Below, piece after piece: positions 1 to 9,900 of a stretch of 35,712 bases of DNA. The stretch comes from an uncultured Akkermansia sp. Its GTDB lineage: Bacteria; Bacteroidota; Bacteroidia; B-17B0; Aurantibacillaceae. Positions within the stretch are counted from its first letter, which is position 1, and each line of letters starts with the position of its first letter. The stretch is from contig CAZMHW010000003.1 in assembly GCA_964566105.1 (NCBI GenBank), positions 1-35,712 on the forward strand, written 5' to 3'. The position numbers and the translations under genes are program-made. The notes under the pieces were generated by a model. It was not told where the DNA came from. It saw only the letters and a program-made list of their open reading frames with translations, and did no database searches.

Positions 1-63
1 GTAGAACGTACTGAGTTTTACAAAGCCGGCGAAAAAGTAAACGAGGCGAGTCCCTTGGAATAG
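1..63 (+). CDS. 3' end of an upstream gene (partial), unknown product
   Basis: Frame 1 reads VERTEFYKAGEKVNEASPLE* up to TAG at 61-63; too short to assign a family. Confidence 0.55.
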   Translation, partial: VERTEFYKAGEKVNEASPLE

Positions 64-90
64 TCTCTATTCGTCTTAATATTTAGATCT

Positions 91-185
91 TGTGGGTGTT
101 TTCACCCGCGGAAAATTTACCTTCCATCAAATCTGTACGCTGAATTTGACATGCACATACCCTGTTGGTGAAAACACCAACAGGG
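91..185. repeat. Inverted pair of REP-like hairpins
   Basis: TGTGGGTG-TTTT-CACCCGCG (91-110) and CCCTGTTGGTG-AAAA-CACCAACAGGG (160-185, perfect 11-bp stem); loops and inner stems are reverse complements of each other. Confidence 0.6.
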
Positions 186-267
186 GCTAAAAACGTTCTT
201 CAAACTTATTTGCTTCCTGTTTGTTGTATGGTTAATTTTAACTGTGTAAATCCCTTTAAATTACATT

Positions 268-1122
268 ATGAAAATCTTTAAAAAAGTCCTTAAATGGCTG
301 GGCATTGTCGCGCTGGTACTTGCTTGTGTTGGAGGTTTCCTCTTTTTCAAATACCTCTACCCTTTCATGCAGAAAATGAAAGAAACACAAATTATTCAAT
401 ACGATAAAGACCTGACCCTGGTGATGGGCGGCGGCGGTAACTCCGGCATCCTTCAATCGGATAGTCTGGTGATAGTGATTGACACCAAAATGGATGATGC
501 GGCAGAAGCCCTTTCTAAACAAGTAAAACAGCTTGCGGGTAACAGACCCATTTTGGTCATCAATACACATATTCATCCCGACCATATTGGAGGAAACAAA
601 TACTATAAAGGATCCACCATTCTTGCCGGCGCAAATTACGGTAAGGAACTCTGGTTAAAGGAGGCGGATGAAGAAAGCATGCCAACGCAGTGGTTGAAAG
701 ACCGTATGGACATAAAAATGGGAGATGACACGGTCACTCTTGTAAATCTTGGTAAAAACGTGCATTCTGAAAGCGACGTGCTTGTTTACCTGCATAAACG
801 AAAATTACTATTTGGCGGGGATGTAGTCCTTAATAAACAAGCTCCTGTTCTGATGGGTGTTGCCAATCCTTACGCGTACATGGAAGTTTTAGAAGCGCTT
901 CCCAAACAATTCGATATTCACCAGGTTGTTCCCGGTCATGGCAAAATGGGTGGCATTGACGTGATCAGTGATTTTAAGGATTATTTTACGGACTTGAAAG
1001 AAGCGGCCAACGACCCTGCGCGAAGAACAGGACTACTCGCAAAATACGATGATTGGAATCAAGTGCCTGTTCTCATGTCGCCAGAAGGCACGATGAAGTA
1101 TTTTGAAAAGAACAAACAGTAA
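268..1122 (+). CDS. MBL-fold metallo-hydrolase (cyclase/glyoxalase II-like) with N-terminal membrane anchor
   Basis: THIHPDHIGGN (HxHxDH), HSESD, LFGGD and PGHG motifs; hydrophobic N-terminal helix. Confidence 0.9.
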   Translation: MKIFKKVLKWLGIVALVLACVGGFLFFKYLYPFMQKMKETQIIQYDKDLTLVMGGGGNSGILQSDSLVIVIDTKMDDAAEALSKQVKQLAGNRPILVINTHIHPDHIGGNKYYKGSTILAGANYGKELWLKEADEESMPTQWLKDRMDIKMGDDTVTLVNLGKNVHSESDVLVYLHKRKLLFGGDVVLNKQAPVLMGVANPYAYMEVLEALPKQFDIHQVVPGHGKMGGIDVISDFKDYFTDLKEAANDPARRTGLLAKYDDWNQVPVLMSPEGTMKYFEKNKQ

Positions 1123-1150
1123 TTTTCTTTTGTTCACATACCTCTTCTTC

Positions 1151-1960
1151 CTACAAAGGCAGAGGCACTTCAATGCTTACCGACGTGCCCCGGTTTATCC
1201 GGGAATCAAAGAACAGGTTTCCCTTTAAATAGGCAACCCTGCAGCGGGTATTTTTTAATCCAAAACACTTTTCCCGCTGCAGAGCTTCTTCTACGTTAAA
1301 ACCTTTACCATTGTCCACCACCAGAATGCTGAGTTCTTTTTCATGTTTAACTATCTGAACGTTTGTCTCTGTGGCGTCCGCGTGTTTTACACAATTAGTA
1401 ATTAAATCCTGCAGCACCCTGAAAAGCACTATCTCTTTGGTTTGCTCAAAACGCCCTACCTCCCCTATAATTTCCAGATTTATTTTAAACCTATCCGAGG
1501 ACTCTGTTTTATTAACGTACTCCAGCATGGCTGTAACCAGCCCGGATTTAATAAGGGTGTGAGGTACCATACTTTGCGAAAGCACCCTTAGTTCTTTCAC
1601 CGAGTCGTCCAATAATTCCAGCGCATGATTCAACAAAGACCTGTCTGCCTGAGTGGTTTGACTCATAAAATTTTGCAACACCGAAATATTGATTTTTGTA
1701 GCAGATAATTGCTGCCCAATCCCTTCGTACAATTCTCTCGCTACCCTGGCTTTTTCCTTTTCTTCTGTTTCAATGAGGGACTTTGTAAGCGCTTCCTGCA
1801 CCTGCTCTTTAAGAGAATTCTCTTTTTTATGACGGCGGTTAGTCCCTATTCTGTAAATCAGAAAAAAAACTAGCAGAAGGGAATTCCAGATGAGGAAATA
1901 AATAAGAAACGTTTCTTTCATGTGCAGAGCAATTAGTACTGTAAAGCATGTTTGGGTCAA
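1151..1960 (-). CDS. HisKA_3-type histidine kinase-like protein, single TM, phosphoacceptor His replaced by Tyr; real start may be ATG at 1921
   Basis: RVARELYEGIGQQL in place of RIARELHDxxGQ; N box (LITNCVKHADA), G1 DNGKGF, G2-like FGLKN, C-terminal GTSVSIEVP. Confidence 0.85.
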   Translation of the reverse strand: MTQTCFTVLIALHMKETFLIYFLIWNSLLLVFFLIYRIGTNRRHKKENSLKEQVQEALTKSLIETEEKEKARVARELYEGIGQQLSATKINISVLQNFMSQTTQADRSLLNHALELLDDSVKELRVLSQSMVPHTLIKSGLVTAMLEYVNKTESSDRFKINLEIIGEVGRFEQTKEIVLFRVLQDLITNCVKHADATETNVQIVKHEKELSILVVDNGKGFNVEEALQREKCFGLKNTRCRVAYLKGNLFFDSRINRGTSVSIEVPLPL

Positions 1961-2044
1961 ATTAAACGGATTATGGATAAGAACGTCCTTTCCCGTTTTT
2001 ATTTGAGTTTAGTCAAAATTGCTTGATTCTACCGTGTTTTAAAA

Positions 2045-2060
2045 TACCCTGAGCTGGGTA
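2045..2060. promoter_or_regulatory. Palindromic operator TACCC-N6-GGGTA upstream of the kinase-like gene
   Basis: TACCC TGAGCT GGGTA; identical arms recur at 2828-2843. Confidence 0.5.
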
Positions 2061-2093
2061 ATTTAGCTCCGTGCTGGTACGGAGAGATGAGGG

Positions 2094-2753
2094 CTAACTC
2101 TCGATGAGTTTGTGGTGCATGGCATATTTTATAAGTCCCGCCACGCTCTTTGTGTTTGTTTTTCTGAAAATATTTTTCCGGTGTGTTTCCACAGTTCGTT
2201 CACTTATAAACAGCCGGTCGCCAATTTGCGCGTTACTTAATTCCTCCGCGATCAGTTTTACGATTTCAATTTCACGTCCGGTGAGGTTCACCGTTTCTTT
2301 TTGTACATCGTCTTTAGGTTGTGAAAAAGACTTCATCATTTCAGCTGTTACCTCTTCACTAAAAAACTGCTGTCCCGATGCAATGCGTGTTAATGCGTTC
2401 ACCAGTTCTTCTGTCCCTGTATTTTTGAGTACATAGCCATTGATTCCTGCTACCAGCATTTCTGAGATTGTTCCCCGGTCTCCATACATGGAGAGCGCCA
2501 GGATTTTTAAATCAGGCATGAGCGCGCGCATTTTTTTTGCCAGTTCAATACCACTCATTTCCTTCATACTCACGTCGGTGATGAGAATCTGTGCGGCCTT
2601 ATTCTGAATGTCGGAAATTGCCAGAAGCGGATTTGTATGTTCGCCGATGATCTCAAAACCTTCCGAATTTTTAAGCAAGGCTTTAATTCCATCGATCATG
2701 ATCTGGTGATCATCTACGATATATACTTTAATTTTTGGATAAACGGCACACAT
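2094..2753 (-). CDS. NarL/FixJ-family response regulator (REC + LuxR HTH)
   Basis: IVDDHQ, ILITDVSM (phospho-Asp), LALSM, GYVLK, then LTGREIEIVKLIAEELSNAQIGDRLFISERTVETHRKNI. Confidence 0.95.
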   Translation of the reverse strand: MCAVYPKIKVYIVDDHQIMIDGIKALLKNSEGFEIIGEHTNPLLAISDIQNKAAQILITDVSMKEMSGIELAKKMRALMPDLKILALSMYGDRGTISEMLVAGINGYVLKNTGTEELVNALTRIASGQQFFSEEVTAEMMKSFSQPKDDVQKETVNLTGREIEIVKLIAEELSNAQIGDRLFISERTVETHRKNIFRKTNTKSVAGLIKYAMHHKLIES

Positions 2754-2827
2754 GGTTTTGTTCCGGTAAAAGTAAAGATTTTACGCATACTTAAAAATAA
2801 ATATACCCACTGGCACGGATATATTTT

Positions 2828-2843
2828 TACCCCGCATTGGGTA
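2828..2843. promoter_or_regulatory. Palindromic operator TACCC-N6-GGGTA in the divergent promoter region
   Basis: TACCC CGCATT GGGTA, with an extra TACCC half-site at 2804-2808. Confidence 0.55.
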
Positions 2844-2986
2844 TTTATCAAAAGCCTGTGAAACCGCAATTTTGGTGCAACAAACACACTTAAAAGTAAA
2901 CCTGCTCTGTACCGTCATCTTCGCACTCAATCGGTTACTTTAAGAGAAAACAGATCAGGGACACACACACTTAAGAAAAAACAGGT

Positions 2987-3715
2987 ATGAAAAAAACATT
3001 GATCACATTAACACTACTCGCATCCTTTATTCTGGGAAAGGCGCAGGGAGTAGGAATGAATTGCCAGTACTTTCCGGGTTTGCAGGTAGGTTTTGTAAAC
3101 GTTAAAGTAAGCGGCAATCCCCAGTTCAGCAAATACCGTTACGCTGCCGGTATGCCCATTTTAATGATAGATCGGCTCACCAGTCACTGGTACACCAATC
3201 TTGATTTCAGTGCGCTCTATTACGGGGCCACACAAACAAACAAAGCCAATGACGACCGGTTAAAAATATCCAAAGCCGAGGGAGCCATGTGTTCGGGACG
3301 TTTGGGGTATTTGTTTGGAGACGGTGACCAGTTTCGTTTCGGGTTTAACGGTAATCTTGGGATAGCCACCTCTAACCTGGATTCACTGAACAGACCACTG
3401 AAACAAAGAAGCTATTATAATTATGGGCTGGGACTTCTTGCTTACAAGAAATTCGGAAAATTCAGGGTAGTGGGCAAAGTGGGATATGAACTTTACGCTA
3501 AGAAGTCTTTTGTTACCAAAGGCCATGGTCTTTATTTTGAGGGAACAATCGGCTATTCCTTTTATCAAAAATTTGGATTGTCTATTATGCCTTGTTTTTA
3601 CAGCAAGAGTATGACCTACATTCCGAAACCATCGGATGGTTCAGGAACGGGTACTGAAGCACAAGCCAAAGTAAAATCCTTTGTTCTCAGAATAGGTTTA
3701 ACCAAATTTTTCTAA
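2987..3715 (+). CDS. Hypothetical secreted protein, probable outer-membrane beta-barrel
   Basis: Sec signal (..GKA|Q), alternating aromatic/Gly strands, ends FVLRIGLTKFF (terminal Phe). Confidence 0.7.
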   Translation: MKKTLITLTLLASFILGKAQGVGMNCQYFPGLQVGFVNVKVSGNPQFSKYRYAAGMPILMIDRLTSHWYTNLDFSALYYGATQTNKANDDRLKISKAEGAMCSGRLGYLFGDGDQFRFGFNGNLGIATSNLDSLNRPLKQRSYYNYGLGLLAYKKFGKFRVVGKVGYELYAKKSFVTKGHGLYFEGTIGYSFYQKFGLSIMPCFYSKSMTYIPKPSDGSGTGTEAQAKVKSFVLRIGLTKFF

Positions 3716-3735
3716 CCTCCCTAATAAGACATATC

Positions 3736-4746
3736 ATGAAAAAGAACATATACTCCTTTTTAATAGCCTTTTTAGTGCTTAATACCTTACTGGTTCAGGC
3801 GCAATCGATTTCCTATACTTACGAAAAAGACGATCCGCACGACATTAAAAACTTTTCCTTTGCGATCGATCCCTTCTTTATTGACGTAAACGGTCACAAC
3901 TCCTACGCTTTCGGCTGGGGCTTACGTGCCGAACATATGATTGGCAAACGTCTCCTTGCTAATTTCGACATGCGCACAGGTTTTGGAACCAATCTCTATA
4001 AAAAATCAAACGACAACACCCGCAATTATTTTAACATGGAAGGCGGTTTGGGTTTGATCTTCTTTAACAAAACCCGTACCCGAAATGTACCCATTATTTT
4101 AAGTCAGACCACCTCGGGCAACACCCGTACAACAGTCTCCATTAAAGGTGGGGTGCCCGCAAAATGCTGGTTAATTGTAGCCTTGCGTGGTGGGTTTCAG
4201 CAATACACCAACACACTGGATTACAAAAACTTTGTGGATACTTTGCTCACCGTTGGTGGCATGCCTTACAAAACAGCAAAAGATTCCTACATCTTTAAAG
4301 ACAGTTCAGGAACCAACGTTAAACAAATGGATCAGGTGGGTGGTATTGCTATGACTTCCCTGTATGGAGGTTTACAATTCAGAACCATCCGGAATTTAAT
4401 TATTGATGTAAGTGGTTATGGTACCCGCTCCAATATCCGCTATTCGGATTTTTACATTGATGTGTTATTCGCCCCGGTAATTGCCATCAGAGACTTTAAG
4501 AACACCGATGGTAAAGCCTACGATGTAAAATATGACAAGATGAGTCACCTGGGCTGGCGTTTCGGTTGGTTCTGGCGTAAACCAAAGGATCAGGGCTTCA
4601 GCGCGAAACTTGAAATGGGCAGTCGCCCGGGCTTTAAAGCTCCAAGCAACGTAAACGTACCTGTTAATGTGAAAAATTTATATTGCACACTCACATTTGG
4701 ATTATACATTCCATTGAAAATAAAACCGGTATACGACGGAAATTAA
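3736..4746 (+). CDS. Hypothetical secreted protein, probable outer-membrane beta-barrel
   Basis: Sec signal (..VQA|Q), amphipathic strands such as FGWGLRAEH, LGWRFGWFW, CTLTFGLYIP; 20 nt downstream of previous gene. Confidence 0.65.
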   Translation: MKKNIYSFLIAFLVLNTLLVQAQSISYTYEKDDPHDIKNFSFAIDPFFIDVNGHNSYAFGWGLRAEHMIGKRLLANFDMRTGFGTNLYKKSNDNTRNYFNMEGGLGLIFFNKTRTRNVPIILSQTTSGNTRTTVSIKGGVPAKCWLIVALRGGFQQYTNTLDYKNFVDTLLTVGGMPYKTAKDSYIFKDSSGTNVKQMDQVGGIAMTSLYGGLQFRTIRNLIIDVSGYGTRSNIRYSDFYIDVLFAPVIAIRDFKNTDGKAYDVKYDKMSHLGWRFGWFWRKPKDQGFSAKLEMGSRPGFKAPSNVNVPVNVKNLYCTLTFGLYIPLKIKPVYDGN

Positions 4747-4811
4747 TAGACACACATTGAATTCCTGACAAACATCAGGTCTCAGTTATCAGAATTTAAT
4801 CTCACTTGTTT

Positions 4812-4844
4812 AAAAAGGCGGCACTTAATGGTACCGCCTTTTTT
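4812..4844 (+). terminator. Intrinsic (possibly bidirectional) terminator
   Basis: AAAAAGGCGG-loop-CCGCCTTTTTT hairpin with T tract downstream of the 2987-4746 operon. Confidence 0.8.
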
Positions 4845-4886
4845 GCTTCTCTCAGATAAAACACTATATTAGTATAAAGTTTCAAT

Positions 4887-6040
4887 ATGCTCGACGACTC
4901 AATCGATCTTCTGGAGGAACTGGATAATGTCTCGCAAATTCACCTGCTGGACCGTGACGACATAGACTCACTGATGCTCGAATTCGGGCGACGCATTGTA
5001 AAAGCGCTTAAAATTGAAAGAATTAATGTTTGGTTGTTTAACAACAAAAACGATGCCCTGATCTCTATAGGAGAATATGACGCCCGGGACAAAAAATTTG
5101 GCAAAAACAGTGTGCTGAAACAAAAAAAATTTCCGGAGTATTTCGAAGCCATTCAAAAAAATAAAATACTTCTCATTCCCAACGTTTACGAAAGTCCATT
5201 AACCCAAGAGTTTACCGAGGTTTACTCCATTCCACACAACCTCATTTCGCTGATGGATATTCCCCTGCGAATTGCGGGAGAACTGGTTGGGGTGATATGT
5301 TTTGAAAAAACAGGGAAAACGGAGAAAAATTTTGGTGTGGAAGAACAGAGTTTCGCGCTGAGTGTATCTCTTGTTTTAGCCTCGAACCTTGAAGCACGCT
5401 ACAGGCGCGCTGCGCAATCCAGACTTGACAAAGTATTAAAAGAAAAAGATCTCCTCATCCAGGAGATCAATCATCGGGTAAAAAATAATTTCTCTATTCT
5501 GATCAGTTTGCTCAGATTAAGCAAAGACCAGGGAAAAACCCTCGACCCTGCCCTGATCTTTACCGAATACGAGCAACGCATCTTCTCCATGCTTAAGATC
5601 CAGGAGCTGCTGTATCAAACCGATAACTATGTTAGTATAAATCTGACCGATTACGCCAACGAACTGGTACATGAATTTAAAAGCTCACACCCGGAAGTCG
5701 CAGAAAATATCCGTCAAGACATTGAACCTTTAGATCACCACCTGGCTTCAAAAAGTGCGCTGCATCTTGGCCTGATCATCACCGAGATATTTCTTAATTA
5801 TTTGAAATACTCTTATTCCCTAAGCAGCAAAAATGAATTTATAATTTCTATACATAAAACAGAAGATAAAAAATCCTTATCAAAACCGGAGATAACGGCA
5901 AAGGTTTTAATTTTGTGGAAAAACTAAAAAACAACAGTCTTGGATTACCCCTTATTAAAGACCTTTCGCAAGATATTGGTATAAGTGCCACCTTCCCATC
6001 TGAAGGAAATAATTTCTATCACTTTGTACTCCAGGAATAA
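4887..6040 (+). pseudogene. GAF + HisKA_2 sensor histidine kinase interrupted by a 1-nt frameshift at an A6 run (5868-5873); real lesion or assembly error
   Basis: GAF region (SLMDIPLRIAGELVGVICFE), H box EINHRVKNN. The ORF ends at 5927 without G boxes, but the -1 frame continues ILIKTGDNGKGF...SLGLPLIKDL...LQE* to 6040. Confidence 0.85.
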
Positions 6041-6097
6041 TCAGGAAAAACGACGCACATATCTTCCGCAGCTCAAAAACACCGGCCCTTCTGCAAA

Positions 6098-6850
6098 CTA
6101 GTACAGCCTGACTTTATACGCAAACCCTCCGGGATACCACTCCTTCATTTTCAAGACTTCCCTTGTCTTATCACTGATCCAAAAAAGCGCAGAAGAGCCT
6201 TTTACTCCATAGTCAATTGACAAAAGCCAGCATCTCACTTTGACTCCACCCGGTAACGAGAGATCATCTTGTCCCTTCACGGATAAACGATAATAGGCCG
6301 CTTTGTTTGTTCCGGGCTCATAAAAGGCTACCGCAAATTCCTGTCCTTTCGTTTTAAAAGGCAAGAGTCCATAGAGTTCCAGATCCATTGGAAATTCGAA
6401 AGCCGGAGGATCTAATTTAAATTTAAACAGGCTGTCTTTCCGGGTTCGTTTGTCTTCGTCAGGAACAGTTACTAACCCATCTTTAAACTGGTAAGATCTT
6501 TTTCCTCTTTTAAAATAATTGGCTTTATGCGTCAGCGGTTTCATAGAATTTAAAAATCCCGTGGCTTTTACCTCGCTGATAAGCGTATCGTTCATGTACC
6601 ACTTCCATTCAAAATTGTACAGATCCTCGCCCCCATTTCCCTTTGAAAAGTTTAGACTGCGCTCCCAGATATTTGCCGCGCCTTTACGACTATCATTTGT
6701 ATCAGTGAAATATACCGCGTAACTGGTATTCGATTCTTTTAGAGCCGATACATTTAATTTTGCATTGGTATAATTGATTGTGTCAATACTTTGAGCATTC
6801 AATGCTATTCCTGTTAGCATACAAGCCAGATTTAAGAGGGTCTTTTTCAT
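6098..6850 (-). CDS. Secreted hypothetical protein (DUF3108-like)
   Basis: Sec signal (..LNA|Q); C-terminal CWLLSIDY...FWISDKTREVLKM pattern resembles DUF3108-type proteins (family call by recollection). Confidence 0.6.
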   Translation of the reverse strand: MKKTLLNLACMLTGIALNAQSIDTINYTNAKLNVSALKESNTSYAVYFTDTNDSRKGAANIWERSLNFSKGNGGEDLYNFEWKWYMNDTLISEVKATGFLNSMKPLTHKANYFKRGKRSYQFKDGLVTVPDEDKRTRKDSLFKFKLDPPAFEFPMDLELYGLLPFKTKGQEFAVAFYEPGTNKAAYYRLSVKGQDDLSLPGGVKVRCWLLSIDYGVKGSSALFWISDKTREVLKMKEWYPGGFAYKVRLY

Positions 6851-6925
6851 TTTTAATTTATTTTAATATATTTTTATTTTATTCGAAATCGCTATGAGTT
6901 CAGTGGATTAAGCGTCCTTACCAAA

Positions 6926-9900
6926 CTAATGTATTAGTAAAACATGGCCATTCAGTTCTTTTGTTTCTTTATTAAGACCAGTTACATTTATCTTCCAGAT
7001 ATAAATTCCCTGAGGGTAAAAATCGTCAAGGCCATCTCCCGTTTTTCCCTCCCAACCTCTTTCTATGTCTGTTGAATGAAAAACCTTATGCCCCCATCTG
7101 TCGTATATACTCAATTCATAACTGGAAATGTTAGCTCCCTTTGGCATAAAGACATCATTCTTACCATCATTATTTGGTGAAAAAGCATTAGGAACGTAAA
7201 AATTAAATTCTTCCATTACCACCAATGGTTTTGAAACGGAATCAGAACATTCAAATTGATTTTTAACTACAAGAGTAACCAGGTAGGTACCTGGCTTCGG
7301 ATAAATAAAGCTAGGATTTTTATCCGTGGCATTCGGTTGACCCCTGCTCCAAAAATACCAATCCCAATGTGTAATAGCTTCTCCTGTTGAAGCATCTTTA
7401 AACATTACTAATTCATCCGTACCTGAAACTGGTCGCTCAGGACTAAAACTAAAATCAGCAATTGGTTTGGGAAATACATCTATTTTTTTTTGTGCTGTAT
7501 TAAAGCACCCATTCATATCTTTTACTTTTACGCCGATGTCATATGAACCCGGCCTTTCAAAGCATTTATTCAAGTTCCTGCTTAAGTTTGTTTCTTTTAC
7601 TCCATTAAAATACCAGGCCTCAAGTGTGTTGCTTGTTTGGGTCTGAAGACTGAATGTGGTGCACAAAACGCCACACCCTCTTGAGTCCGCGTAAACATTT
7701 ACACCAGGCAGATCGAAGACAATAACATCAACCTGAGCTGTTGCAGAACAGTTAGACGTATTTGTTACGGTAACGTAATAAGTACCAGCTTTACTCAACG
7801 AACCAACAGTGAGTGTTGCTGATGAACCGGAACCCGTGTAATAATCCGGACCGCTCCAATCATAACGTACACCAGGATGTGGACTAACAGAAAGTACAAG
7901 ATCTGTTTTCAGACAAAGGGGACTGTTAGAAACAATCAAAGGCTTATCGGGAGCTTCATTTACATAAACGGTTGCATAAGACTGGGCTGAACAGTTAATT
8001 CCATTCGAAACATTCACTGTATAAATACCCGCCAGGGAAGTTTGAGCTACGGGAAATAACGGATTTTGAATTATTGAACTGAAGTTGGCCGGACCTGTCC
8101 AAATATAAGAACTCCCCCCATAAGCATTCAATTGAAAACTCTGGTTTACACAGGCAGAAACATTGGAGGTTGCAATAACAGGTATTGGATTTACAATAGC
8201 CTGTGTTGTAAAACTGCTTGGACAAATCATAGTTCCGGATGGTAACGAAGGGACAGAATAAGTTCCCAGTGAATTGGCATAAAGATTATAAATCCCTGAA
8301 GCACTTACTGAAGCGTTTTGTATCAGCGGATTTTGGATGGTTGAATTAAAGTTATTTGGTCCTGACCATAAATAACTTATGGAGGGGCTTGCGGTAAAAC
8401 TTAAAGCTTGTCCCACACAAACGGTATGCATACCGGTAACAGTTACGGGAAAATAATTGGCGACAAATACCGCTGTTGTTGCCTGTGCTGTACACACGCC
8501 ATATCTTGCGGTAACTGTATAAATACCACCCGACGAAAGACCAATGGTATTTAGCGTTGGATTAGGTAAATTGCTTGTAAATCCCGAAGGTCCGCTCCAA
8601 ATTAGCGACGCAGAAGCTGATACCGCGCTTAGCTGAACTGTTCCACCTTTACAGGCTGGGCTTGAATTTAACGCTGTCACAGTTAAGTTGATGTTGCTTC
8701 CTATAACTACTGTTTGTATTGAAACACAATTATTTATCACGTCTTTTAGTTGCACTGTATAAAGTCCTCCCGGCGAAGTCACTGTAATACTTTGGGCGGA
8801 GGAGCTAAACGTACCTGCAGACCAGGAGTAAGAAAGAACTCCGGGAGTGTAACTTGTCGTAGTTGTTAATACTACAGATGGCGTGATACAGGAAATTGTG
8901 CTGGTCCCACTTTGATTCAGTATGGAGAAAGTAAGTACCGGCGGCACAGGGTTTATAACAATTAACGCGGAAGCAGAACAATTACCGGCTGAAACAATAG
9001 TGGCTGTGTATGTTCCGGGAACAATCCCGCCATTAGCCACAGTTTGCGTTGCATTGTTTATTCCAGGAGGAATTGAAGGTTGCCAGTTAACACTGTATGC
9101 CGGTGCACTTCCCGACATATCAAAAGACAAACCCAGATTAAAAGCGTTTGAGGTATTGTTGCAGCTGGCTTGTGTAACGGTTGGGCTCAGTATTGGATTG
9201 GAATAAACGGTCACTGTACTAACAGCACTTGATGTTTGAACTGTATTATAAATATTGGTACCTGTCACAAAAAGCGTATAGGAACTTGTAATTGTTGGGG
9301 TTACAGGGAAAATACCAGTGGTGTTTGTTATGGCTCCGGGAAGTATGGAATACGTTGGATTTATTAAACCGCCTGAATTTGGTACCAGAATATTTACGCC
9401 GGCACCTTTACAAACAGAATAATTTTGGACGCCAATGTTGGCCACGCACGGGGTTGAAGCTACAGTACAAGTTAAGGAATTAACCGCCGAAAAGGTCCCT
9501 ACGAAGCTATTGCCACACACATAGATCAGTTTATTTACTTTATCCATTTTCAAATCGAAGGCATAAGGATTGGCAATACCTGTATTAAGTGGGATAGACG
9601 TTAGCTGGTTGAAAACAGTGCCTGTAAAACGATAGGTCAGAATAAAACCATTTCCTCCGAGATACAGATTATCACAATCGTCTACCGCAATACCCCCCTG
9701 ATGTTTTACAAACTGTCCGGGCACAGTTGTAGAAGCCGTTAAAGTTCCTGTGGTTTTATTATAGGCAGCCAGATTTAATCCATCGTAATAAAATAAATAA
9801 TTAGCATTTACGGCCAGGCTATTAAACCCGTTCGAACCATTACCTGCATAACTGACATAGTTTGCCTTGTTTCCAGCTTCAACAAGGGTTGTAAAAGTAC

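Noticed and set aside
268-1122. True metallo-beta-lactamase resistance gene
   Set aside because: HxHxDH with LFGGD lacks the B1 Cys; the motifs fit generic MBL-fold hydrolases
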